NCBI RefSeq assembly: GCF_006345805.1 | Contig: NC_043004.1 | Coordinates: 81,902,001-81,966,000, forward strand | Origin: Octopus sinensis | Lineage: Eukaryota | Direction: 5' to 3' | Length of the DNA stretch: 64,000 nt | Part shown: piece by piece, positions 1 to 14,289 of the stretch | How positions within the stretch are numbered: the first letter of the stretch is position 1 | Layout of the letters: every line of letters starts with the position of its first letter | The notes under the pieces: generated by a model | The model's input: the letters and a program-made list of their open reading frames with translations, nothing else | What the model was told of the DNA's origin: nothing | Databases searched by the model: none | Made by a program: the position numbers and the translations under genes

Positions 1-114
1 AATAATGAATTCATTGTTGGTCACGTGGACGATTTGGGAAGCGAGAGGATGAAATAAAGACATCAATCGATCGCTTCGGATCATAGTCTTGTTTCGTACT
101 TTATTGATCACAGA

Positions 115-1485
<1,371 letters not shown>

Positions 1486-1486
1486 T

Positions 1487-1785
1487 GGCGTAGGAGTGGC
1501 TTTGTGGTAAGTAACTTGCTTACCAGCCACATGGTTCCGGGTTCAGTCCCACTGCGTGGCATCTTGGGCAAGTGTCTTCTACTATAGCCTCGGGCCGACC
1601 AAAGCCTTGTGAGTAGATTTGGTAGACGGAAACTGAAAGAAGCTCGTCATATATATATATATATGACGATAGAATAAGTACTAGGCTTACAAAGAATAAG
1701 TCCTGGGGTTGATTTGCTCGACTAAAGGCAGTGCTCCAGCTTGGCTAACTGTCATATGACTGAAACAAGTAAAAGAGTAGAAGAG

Positions 1786-1786
<1 letters not shown>
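1487..1786 (+). mobile_element. tRNA-derived SINE, family A (internally deleted)
   Basis: Head ggcgtaggagtggc..tggtaag with B-box ggttcagtccc; tail gactgaaacaagtaaaagag. Matches the copies at 7.8, 17.9, 21.1 and 60.5 kb. Confidence 0.85.
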
Positions 1787-1839
<53 letters not shown>

Positions 1840-2205
1840 AAGAAGAAGAAGAAGAAGAAGAAGAAAAGAAAAAGAAGAAGAACAACAACATCAATAACAA
1901 CAACAATAACTTCAAAGAACAGCAATCTCATAAAGATATAACCTGAAAAATATTTCAAGATGGACAAATTTCCTCCCAAATCTCATATATAGATTTCTGG
2001 AGAAATATTTGTTGAAATTTTTTTGAATCTTCTTTTAATTTCAAATTTGCTTTGCAAGAATTTTCTAGTTCCATGTTCTCAGTGCTTAGTGAGATATAAG
2101 ATAGAGGGGGATGTGTGGTCATGAAGATTGCTTCGAAACCGCGTGGTTTCCAGTTCGATCACTGCGGGTCACTTTGAGTGAGCGTTATGTTTATGTGTGT
2201 GTGTA

Positions 2206-2240
<35 letters not shown>

Positions 2241-2252
2241 ATTTCTCTCTCA

Positions 2253-2283
<31 letters not shown>

Positions 2284-2559
2284 ATAATATATATATATAT
2301 ATAATATATATATATATACATATATATATAATATATTCGTTTTGCAAGATTTTTTATGTGAAATCGTGTGTTGAAACAGATATTTATGTATTTGGGAATG
2401 ATCATGTTGCAAGTTTAGACAATAAAGCACACGCACTATATATTTGGTGTTAATTTGCTTCAGCTTTATTTTATTTTTTACATTAATCGTATTTCGGCCA
2501 AGCTCCCTGTACTGATAGGAACTGTACTGTTAGTAGATTTAGCCTACAAACAAACTGTT

Positions 2560-2980
2560 AAGCCAGGAATGTAGTCTATAGTCTAAAATGTACAGAGGGA
2601 CGGTGCAGTAACAAGACAACGGCGCACGTAGGGGAAACAGCATGGAGCATAGAAGAGCGGGTAAATGAGCATTGGAGGGAACTTAAGGAAGAGAACAGCT
2701 CATCGGTTCTTTACCAGCACGCCGAGTAGGAACACGGGGGCTCACTCAACAACATAGGAGTTAAAATCTTAGACAAATTACAGAAGCTACACACATAATA
2801 GATGCTAAACCTAGCCTGAATAGGAAACTGAAGGGAACCCAGCAAACTGATTCTCTGATGTACATATTACTCAACGAGCGGTGCTCAACTTAGCTAATCA
2901 TCCGGCTGATGTTACACTAATTGAATGAAGGCTACATTGTCGCTTGGAATTTCCAAGCAAACTCACCGGAGATGTGAATT

Positions 2981-2982
<2 letters not shown>
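2560..2982 (+). mobile_element. Penelope-like element remnant (GIY-YIG endonuclease fragment plus terminal sequence)
   Basis: Frame from 2568 reads NVVYSLKCTEGRCSNKTTAHVGETAWSIEERVNEHWRELKEENSSSVLYQHAE*EH. This fits the PLE pattern NVVY-x-C-x-C..(Y)VGET..R..EH..S..H..H. One in-frame stop. Confidence 0.7.
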
Positions 2983-3065
<83 letters not shown>

Positions 3066-3114
3066 TGTGTGTGTGTATGCGCGCGTGTGTGTGTGTGTAT
3101 GTGTGTGTATATAT

Positions 3115-3149
<35 letters not shown>

Positions 3150-3218
3150 CGTGGTGAGCGTTTAGAATATATATGATATTAATAATCATATTAACATAAT
3201 AATATAATACAATATATA

Positions 3219-3470
3219 AGGCGGTGAGCTGGCAGAAACGTTAGCACGCCGGGCGAAATGCGTAGCCGTATTTCGTCTGCCGTTACGTTCTGAGTTCAAA
3301 TTACCCCGAGTTCGACTTTGCCTTTCATCCTTTCGGGGTCAATAAATTAAGGACCAGTTACGCACTGGGGTTGATATAATCGACTTAATCCGTTTGTCTG
3401 TCCTTGTTTGTCCTCTCTGTGTTTAGCCCCTTGTGGGTAGTAAAGAAATAGGTATTTCGTCCGTCTTCAT
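3219..3470 (+). mobile_element. SINE family B
   Basis: aggcggtgagctggcagaaacgttagcacgcc head, B-box gagttcaaatt, body ending tgtgggtagtaaagaaataggtatttcgtc. Many copies in the window. Confidence 0.9.
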
Positions 3471-3616
3471 GTTGAAATCCTGCCGAGCACGATTTTGTCT
3501 TTCATCTTGTCTGGGTCGATAAAATAAGGTCCAGCTGAGGACTGCGGTCGATGTATTTGACTTAAAACCCCTCCTTCGAATTTGCTGATCATGCACCAAA
3601 ATTTGAATCAATATCA

Positions 3617-3659
<43 letters not shown>

Positions 3660-3812
3660 ATCTATCTATCTATCGTTTGTCTGTCTATGTATGTATGTAT
3701 GTATGTATGTATGTATGTATGTATCTATCTATCTATCTTTTTAAACAAGAATATTATTGACAGTGAATTCGAAGTTTCGGCGTGAATTATTCACAGTTTC
3801 GGCCAGCTAAAG

Positions 3813-4295
3813 CAGGTGTCGGGGAACTTTTCTAACCAATTACCGAAAAATATATTTATTTACTGCGCCGTTACTTCCTTCATTTGAAAGGAAGAAAAAT
3901 ATAAATTCTTTGAATTCAAAAGGTTTTATAGAATCTATTTATATGGAGAATACAATTATAAATATAAAAAACATTAAACAAATGCGATAAAATAAATTAA
4001 TATCCTCATTATGAAACAAAAGGATCTTTCTAGAAACTTTTTCGCTTCAATTTTTGAAGAAATGATGTTGACAACGCCTTAGCAACCAAATTGTTTGTTG
4101 TTCAAAATGGCGTGACGTCTCCTAAAACACGCCCATTACATTGGACAGATGCAGAGTTGCCAGAAGAAAAATTTCTGTTGTAACCAGTTACACGTATTTT
4201 CTACAATTTTACTCATTTCCAATGAGTCCTCATTACCGCCAAGAATTTCATTTTTACCCCACTTGGGGTAATTTGCCTCGGTTTACCAACCCCTG
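3813..4295. mobile_element. hAT-like MITE
   Basis: Imperfect TIRs caggtgtcggggaac / gtttaccaacccctg. Flanks agctaaag / agctaagc are a 6/8 match to an 8-bp TSD. Confidence 0.55.
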
Positions 4296-4315
4296 AGCTA
4301 AGCCATCGACGCATA

Positions 4316-4354
4316 GTCCGACGATGGCTTAGTCGGCCGAAACTGCCAAGTCAC
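4316..4354 (+). ncRNA. Degenerate type-I hammerhead motif
   Basis: gt-CCGACGA-t-ggc ttagtcg gcc-GAAA-C tgccaa G-TC-ac. Core has U4C and helix I is only 2 bp. Confidence 0.4.
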
Positions 4355-4497
4355 AGTCAATAGTGTTCTCCTTAAACAATAATAAATTTGAATTCTGCAA
4401 AAATATAGAATAACCTTCCAGATTAACGTAACTGTGGTTTTAATATAACTGATCATAGAAACAAAAATATATATTTGTTTCTATGATCAGTTATTTA

Positions 4498-4617
<120 letters not shown>

Positions 4618-4638
4618 GTTATAAATATATACATATAT

Positions 4639-4675
<37 letters not shown>

Positions 4676-4757
4676 CATACATACATACATACATAAATAA
4701 ATACATACATGCACATACTTGTACGTACGTATGTATGTATGTATGTATGTATGTATG

Positions 4758-4797
<40 letters not shown>

Positions 4798-4798
4798 A

Positions 4799-4848
<50 letters not shown>

Positions 4849-4970
4849 AATTCTAATATAAGGATAAAATTTATTAAACATTTTATGGGGTTAGACGATT
4901 TAGTGTCTCATTTTCAGTATATTGGTAAAGAAATATTTTTCTTTTGCCCTTATTTATAATTGTGTGTATG

Positions 4971-5063
<93 letters not shown>

Positions 5064-5724
5064 TATCTGTGCACAACTTTCAATACAAGGTCTGCTAATC
5101 TAACGAAAGCCCCAAAAGATATTTTAAGATCAGAACTTAACTTCACCTTGTGGTGGGCCAGGTGAGGTAGGCAACTCTATGTGGGTGTCTTTTCAATACA
5201 TTGTCTGATTTTTTAAAAAATCCACATCAGACACCATGACGGGTCTAAGGTGTATGTACAAGAGACGGACAGACTCTGCATAAGGAGTAGACAACCACTG
5301 TATATAATTACGTATATATGTGTGTGTGTGTATCTATGCATGTATCTGTGTGCGCATGCGCACACACAAACACACTTATATGTCCATGCACATACACTTA
5401 TACACACACATATTGCGTTCAACTATGTTACCTTATTGTTTATAGTTCCGGCTTTTAACGTTCTAGTTACGTCCCTTGTATGCAACTCTCCTAAACCGTT
5501 CATGTTTTTGATGAAACAAGGAATGCGGTCGATATAGCTAAATGGCTTGAGGGGTGATGAACTGGCAGAGTTTGCCATCCAATTAGTGGAATCAGTAAAA
5601 GAATAAAGGAAGCCTAATATCTCTTTAATTAACGCTGATCAAGAAGGATGGTGATGGAATAAAAAGAATAATGAATGGAGATAAAAGAAATTAAAACAGA
5701 CTCTGCTTCTCATTATAATGATAA

Positions 5725-5761
<37 letters not shown>

Positions 5762-5904
5762 TATGCATGTGTATATGTATATATATGTATATATATGTAT
5801 ATATATATGTATATGTATATATATATATTATAATATAATATATATGTGTGTGTGTATATATATATATATTTTTATATATATATATATATATATATAATAC
5901 ATAC

Positions 5905-5955
<51 letters not shown>

Positions 5956-6076
5956 AGTACCTACACATGCTCACATATATGTAGGTATGTATGTATGCAT
6001 GTATATATATATATTTATGCATATATATATAATACATACACATACAGACACAGATACACATGCACGCACGCACGCA

Positions 6077-6117
<41 letters not shown>

Positions 6118-6142
6118 GAAAATGAGATGACAAATGAATAAA

Positions 6143-6385
6143 CGATTATCTTATAAACTTAATTAGCTTAAACCTGTTTCGGCTATAACATGCAGTGCGG
6201 TGGACTCATATTTGAGTGCCTGAGTAACACCTTATAGCTTCACCGGAGTATCGAATATGAAGCGCTATTTATTTAGGATAAAAAACGTAATTCTACAAGG
6301 TGTTATTCAGGCTGTCGGCTATGAGTGTACCGCGTCGAATAGCAGAAACGGCTGTAAGCTAATGAACTTCACAAGATGATTATCT
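6143..6385. repeat. Decayed head-to-head inverted repeat with HHR remnants in both arms
   Basis: gcctgagtaacacctt (6218-6233) vs aaggtgttattcaggc (from 6297). Outward, both arms read ATGA..atagc(a/c)GAAAC-xxxx-(G/T)TA-agctaat. Confidence 0.55.
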
Positions 6386-6625
6386 ATTGCTTTGTCATCT
6401 CATTTTTTATTGCGAGTATTGAGTTCTATACCAAGGTGTTAGTCTTACAATGCTTAAACGCAGCACACACATACACACACACACATTCACATATACAACA
6501 CACACATCACACGCAAACACACGCGCACACACATATGCACATATGCATGTATGCATATATACATACACATATGTATGTATATATGCATATGTATATTTGT
6601 ATATACATATATATATATATACATA

Positions 6626-6693
<68 letters not shown>

Positions 6694-7821
6694 TATACAT
6701 GCATGCATATATATATACACACACACGCGCACACACATATACACAGAATTACACACATATATACATATACATATACATACATATATATATATACACATGT
6801 ATGTATCTATATGGAATCAATACGTTTGTAATATATTAACTTTGATAAAAAAAGTATTTCTTTTTCTCCTTTAAAATAAGAACCCTTCAAAAAGAAAAAA
6901 AAATTAAAATTATAAGAAAATAAAATCCCAATAACAACGTAATAAAAACAAATATAATTTTGTCTGGAAGCCATTTTCAATTTTGCGAATTATCTTCAAA
7001 CTAGGTTAGTTGGTTGTTAGTTCGTCTTTGATCATTAGTTCCTTTATTACAGTCTTTCTTTCTTTCTTTCTTTCTTTCTTGCTTTCTTTCTTTCCTTCGT
7101 TGTTTTTCCCCCTCATCATTTCCGTCAGTCTCGACTGAAAAACACAAACCAATCAAATATATTGATTAAAACAAATTTACTGATTATTATCATTATTATT
7201 TTAATTTGTTGTTTATCTTTTTTTATACATATTTTGTCGGTCATTTACATGTTAATTTTATTGTTGCTTATCCTCGTATCGTCTTTGTTTGAGGAAACTT
7301 ATGATAGAAAGCGTTCCAGCTCGATATTTTGTTTATCCTGTCTCATGCATTTGAGGCCAATGAAGTTTTAGAAATCTTTTATTTCAAGAGTTGTAGAATT
7401 TGAAAATTCCCTACCGTATTTATTCCGCTGTCCTCATTTCAAATCGTATTTAGGCGACACGTATTTCAATGATCCTTCTCAATTTGTTTTTAAAACACCG
7501 CCCCTTTCCCTTTTCTGGGTAAATTTATCGGGCAAGGTAACACTAGTGTTTGTAACATATTTCGACCATTACTTTTTTTTCTTTGAACTGACTCAAACCC
7601 AGCTCATATTTGTTGAATTTAACTTTGGCTTTTATTCTTCTGGTAATGATAATGTGCCACTCAGATATTTCAGGATTCTTGTTGGGGGTCCATTTGTTCG
7701 ATTAAAACTCTTGAAGGCGGTATTCCGGTATGGCCGCAGCCAATTGGCTGAAACAAGTAATAGATGACTGAAACAAGTATGTATGTATGTATGTATGTAT
7801 GTATGTATGTATGTATGTATA

Positions 7822-8229
7822 CTCTTTTACTTGTTTCGGTCATTTGACTGAGACCATGCTGGAGCACTACATTTAGTCGAGAATATCGACCCCAGGACTT
7901 ATTCATTGTAAGCCTAGTACTTATTCTATCGGTCTCTTTTGCCGAACCGCTAAGTTACAGGGACGTAAACTTAAAACCGTCGGTTGTCAAGCGATGCTGG
8001 GAGGGGGAGACAAACACAGACACACAAACATATACACACACATACATATACATATACGTATACATATATACGACAGGCTTCTTTCAGTTTCGGTCTACCA
8101 AATCCATTCACAAGGCCTTGGTCGGCCTGAGGCTATAGTAGAAGACATTTGCCCATGGAGCCACGCGCTGGGACTGAACCCGGAACCATGTGGTTGGTAA
8201 GCAATCTACTTACCACACTCCTGTGCCTA
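7822..8229 (-). mobile_element. SINE family A
   Basis: Reverse complement of the family A head and tail, with an internal (CA/TA) tract. Confidence 0.85.
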
Positions 8230-9349
8230 TATATATATTTATACAAGTTGTCGTCGACTTACGACCGATGGACTTTACGACGATTGGCGCGCCAGCTTTT
8301 GGCAGCAATAATAAAAACCCCAGTTGAAATATAATGGGTTTAATTTCTTGGAAATTAAACTTTTTAGAAATTTAAACCCATTAGATTTCTTAGAAATTAA
8401 CCCGACTACGGATGCTGTGAGCTAACAGACTCTTCTCCTAGGTTTGGCTATGCACACGTGTTTATATATAAACCGTCACTTGTACAGTCTTATCGGTGTA
8501 TGTTTTCAATGCAGTTTTCGAAATGAAAGATCGATTTTATGCAAATTTATGCAAATAACCATGCTTTGAAAATGTTTATCTTGTTGTGCTTATGAACACA
8601 CTGTTGTTTTCAATATATTCTCGACAATCAATTTAATGGAAGGTTTTTTATCTTCTTTCGATGAACATAAGGCGGCGCATTAAAATATATACGTTGAGGG
8701 AATATATTTTGAAATTATTTTGTTGAATTATGCGCTGACACAATTGCGTAAATGGTATTTAAATTTTGTATGAGTTTATATATATATATATGAACGTGTG
8801 TGTTTCTATATATCTATAGATATATATCCGTAAACATATATACGTGTATGTATAGGTATAGGAAGGTGGTATCTATCAGAAGCACACACACAAGCACGAG
8901 GGCACCCGCCCCCCACAAATATACACACACATACGCACATACAAACTAACATACACACACACATATATGTGCGCATATATCTGTGTGTTCGATTTCCAGG
9001 GATCTGACTTAATTCATGCTCATGCATGCATATGTATACACACGTACGTATATATATGTGTGTTTTTGCACATGCGTGTGTGCCAGGAGTGGTGTTGGGG
9101 GTAATAGATAGGTGCTTGGATAGCTGAACATGTTAAGAACTTCACTTCGTAAACATGTTGTTCCAGATTCGTTCCCACTTCACAGCAGCTTGGCCAATTA
9201 TCTTTTACCAGAGCCTGTCCTCGATCCAATCTTCAGATGTTGAAATCGTGTAGCAAAAAATAATATTAACGCTAGTCAGGTGGATTTTACTTGTCATTTT
9301 GAATTAAACGTATTCTATCGCCCTATGTAATGCAATATTCTAGATCTTG

Positions 9350-9772
9350 AAGGCCGCGAGCTGGCAGAAACGTTAGCAGGCTGGGCGAAATGCGTAACAG
9401 TATTTCGTCTGCAGTTATGTTCTGATTTCAAATTCCGCCGAGGTCGACTTTGCCTTTCAACCTTTCGGGGTCGATTAAATAAGTACCAGTTACGCACTGG
9501 GGTCAATATAATCGACTTAATCCGTTTGTCTGTCCTTGTTTGCCCCTCTGTGTTAGCTCCTTGTGGGTAGGAAAGAAACTTTGTATTTCGTCCTTGTCTT
9601 TAACTTTCTGAGTTCATTTCCGTTCCGCGGGGTCACTTTGCCTTTCAGTAAAGAAAAAAAAAAACTCCTTTCGAGGTTGATAAATAAGTACCAGTTGCGT
9701 ACTGGGGTCGATCTAATCAACTGGTCTCCTCCATCCAAATTTCGAGCCTTGTGCCTTGAGTAGAAAAGAATC
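9350..9772 (+). mobile_element. SINE family B with second partial unit
   Basis: Family B head and body, followed by a partial repeat and an alternative tail. Confidence 0.85.
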
Positions 9773-9825
9773 TTCTAGACCTTGGCTGTCTTTAGCAGAA
9801 TCCATTCTGTTGCAAGAATTTAGCC

Positions 9826-10270
9826 CAGTGTTTCTTTCCGGTACCCCCCTTTTTTATAACAAATTTTCCAGTGCCCCACTTAAAAAAAGAAGATGGTGCC
9901 CATTAACATTTTTTTCCGTTAATATACAATCACGATCTTCAATTCAATTAACCAGCTGACGGGTACCTTGGCTCAATAGTGAGCCGAGTTCACTACTGCT
10001 TTTATAAACGCTTGACACTGGACAACAGATATTGAAACAGAAACAAACGCCTAACAGATGCAGATGCCTCACTCGGCCTGATTGGTCGTAGCTCCATCGA
10101 CTCCCATGGTTTAAGTATAAATATTGCATGGCGATGGTTTTTGTTTCACTGTCCAAAGATTGGCTTAGGGTCGCCAAGTATGCGTTCAGGTCACTTGCAA
10201 AGATTTTCACAACCCACGCTGATGCATGCCCCCACTCCAATTTTTCCGCGCCCCACGTTGGGAAATATTG
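9826..10270. mobile_element. Possible old hAT-like MITE
   Basis: Ends cagtgtttct.. / ..gttgggaaatattg. Flanks atttagcc / gtttagat share only tttag. Confidence 0.3.
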
Positions 10271-10606
10271 GTTTAGATAGTTGTCTCTCGTTTGTGAAGA
10301 ATTTGCCATCAATTTCGAAAGTCACAAATATTTCCTTTCAACTTTTGTTTCTGTTTTAAAAAGTGTACGTATTCATACATCTTTGTATAGTTGTATGTAT
10401 GTATTTATGCATTTATGTATGTTCTAATTTATTTTTTTTAATTATTTGAAGTCTTCCTGTAAAGAAGGAGTTGGTTTCTTACAAAGATTCAATGCACAAA
10501 GTTGGAATGGAGACAAAAATAAATAAATAAATAAAACAATGTCTTATCGAACTTGAGAAAAGTCAGTCTATCTGTCTAGCTAACTGTGCATCTGTCTCTT
10601 TCACTT

Positions 10607-10644
<38 letters not shown>

Positions 10645-10652
10645 ATCTAATC

Positions 10653-10705
<53 letters not shown>

Positions 10706-10729
10706 TTATTTGCCTGTATGACTGTTTCT

Positions 10730-10773
<44 letters not shown>

Positions 10774-11499
10774 ATCTTCCTCAGGGCGGCACATCCAGGG
10801 GCCCACTGACCAAAAAAGCCGGCTCCACTCCCATATTTTGACACAGCACGATCGTTACTGCCCTTATTCCACCCTGCTTGCATTTCCAGATGGGAGAACG
10901 AGTGTTCATGAATTAATGTCTTTCAATGGCGAAAGAAAGAAACTCCATCGCAATGTTTACATTAGAAAGAACTGACGAACTAACACATGCTGTGCAAATT
11001 CAAAACGTAAAGCGGAAGAGCGAAAAAAAAGAATACGTTACCATATTTCTTTTATTGAAAGAATTCAAAATAAGAGGACCACACACACACACAACTGTGT
11101 GCGTTTCTCTCTCTCTCTCTGTCTGTAAATCTCTCCCTCTCTCTGTATGAGTTCGTATGCACGCACACACACACACACACATATATATATGTATATATAC
11201 TTATATATAATATATATATACATGTATATTTGTATATATACATATATATATGAACATAAAATATATATGTAAATATATATATATATATATAATATACATA
11301 CATACACACACACATTTATGTATTATATATATATATATATGTATATATATATAATATATATATGTATATATATATAATATATATATATACAATGTGTACA
11401 TATTACATATATGTTTACATTATAAATGTACATATATATATAGTATACATATATGTGTATATAATGTATATATATATATACATATATACACACACACAA

Positions 11500-11550
<51 letters not shown>

Positions 11551-11574
11551 TACACACACAAATATATATATAAC

Positions 11575-11607
<33 letters not shown>

Positions 11608-11913
11608 TTACAACACACAAATACACATTGATGTGTATATTGTAGGTGTGTTGTAGGTTGTATGTGTGTGTGTGTGTGTGTGTTTGTTTGTGTGTTTATC
11701 TTAAAGGCTACAAATGTACTTCGCACACAAAAAAGAAATTAATTAATAAAAACCAAAATCATTAACTTAAGTAAAACATCTAAACTATTTGGAAGGATTC
11801 CAAGTTCCGAAGCTTTATACTTTAGGAAGTAGAACGCACACACACACACACATACACACACACACACTCGCAGACGTACAAATTCATTCCATATATACAT
11901 ACAAATGTTTACG

Positions 11914-12001
<88 letters not shown>

Positions 12002-12682
12002 CCTGTCTCTCTGTCTCTCTGTCTATCCGCCCGTCTTTCTGTCTGTCTATGTATGTATGGTTGCATGTATGTATGTATCTGTCTGTCCGTCTGTCTCTGT
12101 CTGTCTATGTATCTATCTTTCTGTCTATCTGTCTGTCTGTTTGTCCGACCGTTTGTCTGTCTATCTGTCTATGTATGTATGTATGTATGTATGTATGTAT
12201 GTATGTATGTATGTATGTATGTATGTATGTATGTATCTAACTATCTCCCCTTCTCTATCTGTTTGTCTGTCTCTATCTACCCATTTCACTAACTACATTC
12301 ATATGCACATATAACGCATATGTTGTTGCGTATATATATATATATATTGTGTGTGTGTGTGGTGTGCGTGTGTATATATATATATATGTGTAGACATGTG
12401 CGTATGTGTATTCGAGTGCGTGCGCGTGTGTGCATTCGTTTGTATATTTTTTTCTGTATTTGCATCTGTCTCCGCAGCATCTCTTCTGTTTATTCTGCAA
12501 TAGTCTTTCCAGTCTTTTACACAAACGACTTCCAAGAATACCATTCGGTTAATCAAACACACACAAATGTTATTTCGGCAATTTAGGACCCATAAAAATT
12601 CAAAACCTCACTTTCTCTCTCAACATTTCTGTCTTACCTACAAAGACGGTTTGTTAAACCAACATCACAGTGATCATATATG

Positions 12683-12910
12683 TTTCTTTACTACCCACAA
12701 GGGGCTAAACATAGAGGGGACAAACAAGGACAGACAAACGGATTAAGTCGATTACATCGGCCCCAGTGCGTAACTGGTACTTAATTTATCGACCCCGAAA
12801 AGATGAAAGGCAAAGTCGACCTCGGCGGAATTTGAACTCAGAACGTAGCGACGGGCGAAATACCGCGAAGCACTTGCCCGGCGTGCTAACGTCTCTGCCA
12901 GCTCGCGGGC
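12683..12910 (-). mobile_element. SINE family B
   Basis: Reverse complement of the family B sequence seen at 3219. Confidence 0.9.
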
Positions 12911-13136
12911 GTTTTTTGTCTATGTTGAAGAGCTTAACCTGAAAGAAACGGGAGCCATGCCCCTGGTCCTTATCAGGGATTTCGAGCCTGGTAGGAGGAA
13001 CAGTGTATTTAATCAACAGATCGATATCCAGGCTTGAATGCTTGCGACCATGATGATTCTGCTAAAGTCACCCAAAGTCCAGGCGGTGATGTTAAATCAG
13101 GCAACGAATTCAAAAACCTCAAATTGTGGACGGTTC

Positions 13137-13329
13137 CTCTTTTATCTTTCACTTAGACTGCGGTCATGCTGAGGCACCGCCTTGAAGAATTTTAAGTCGA
13201 ATGAATCGACCCTAGTACTTGCTTTTTTTTTAAAGCCTGGTACTTATTCTATCGGTGTTTTTCTCCGAACCGCTTAACTACTGGGACGTAAACACATCAA
13301 TGACGGTTGTCAAGCGGTGGTGGGTGACG

Positions 13330-13335
<6 letters not shown>
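13137..13335 (-). mobile_element. SINE family A, 3' half
   Basis: Matches the family A tail region. Confidence 0.8.
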
Positions 13336-13371
<36 letters not shown>

Positions 13372-13657
13372 TATAAGAGATAATTAAGATTCAGCTGAAT
13401 TAGGCACTTAAGTGGAGGCACCAAGCCAGTCCGGTATGGTCCGCACAACTCGAAGTAAGGTGGATAAAAAGTAAATAAGTAAGAAGGATGTCAAGATATT
13501 AGTGCATTACGGCCGTTTCAGGCGGCTCCATTTAATCAATCAATGCAAGCATTCAATATTTCTTATTTTGATAATCAGTGAATAGACTTCACTGAATATA
13601 GATATATACAATTACGAAGTTGAGGCAAATATCACCAGCTGACCGGTGTCTGCTACT

Positions 13658-13700
13658 CTAGGCCGATGAAGGACAACGATCCTGAAACACGTGTCCCTAG
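13658..13700 (+). ncRNA. Type-I minimal hammerhead ribozyme motif (U4C core variant)
   Basis: CTAGG-CCGATGA-AGGA caacga TCCT-GAAA-C ACGT G-TC-CCTAG. All three helices pair, helix III ACACGTGT is palindromic and the triplet is GUC. Confidence 0.8.
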
Positions 13701-13864
13701 ATGCAGTTCCGGCAGCCGGGGGTGTTTGTCTCCCCTTCGTAAATGTATATAAGGACACAGGGAAAATGTGTCAAAGCCATCAGGAGGCGTTCGATGCTTC
13801 CTAGGGCTATACAGCGGTGGTGTACCCCTACTGTCACGTTCTTGTTAGATTGACAGTATACAAC

Positions 13865-13959
<95 letters not shown>

Positions 13960-13985
13960 GTGTGTGTGTGTGTGGGTGGGTGTGT

Positions 13986-14279
13986 GGAGGCGCAATGGCC
14001 CAGTGGTTAGGGCAGTGGATTCGCGGTCGTAGGATCGCGGTTTCGATTCCCAGACCGGGCGTTGTGAGTGTTTATTGAGGAAAAACACCTAAAGCTCTAC
14101 GAGGCTGCGGCAGGGGGTGGTGGCGATCCCTACTGTATTCTTTCGCCACAACTTTCTCTCACTCTTTCTTCTGGTGGCCTGTTCGCTTACCCAGCAGGGT
14201 GGCGTCGTTTGAAGGCTAAAACAATGCGAAGCGCATTGTGACCAGCGATGTGTAGCAACATCTGATAGCCTGGTCGGTT
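13986..14279 (+). mobile_element. tRNA-derived SINE family C
   Basis: A-box tggcccagtggttag, B-box ggtttcgattccc. Head shared with the copies at 34535 and 37816. Confidence 0.85.
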
Positions 14280-14289
14280 ATAACACTAT

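Noticed and set aside
10890-11006. Exon-like segment with a strong acceptor and GT donor (117 nt)
   Set aside because: Stop codons in all three frames; could only be non-coding, and nothing else supports it.
13986-14060. tRNA genes at SINE heads (also 34535, 37816, 59340)
   Set aside because: A and B boxes are present, but there is no complete cloverleaf and each is fused to a SINE body or tail.
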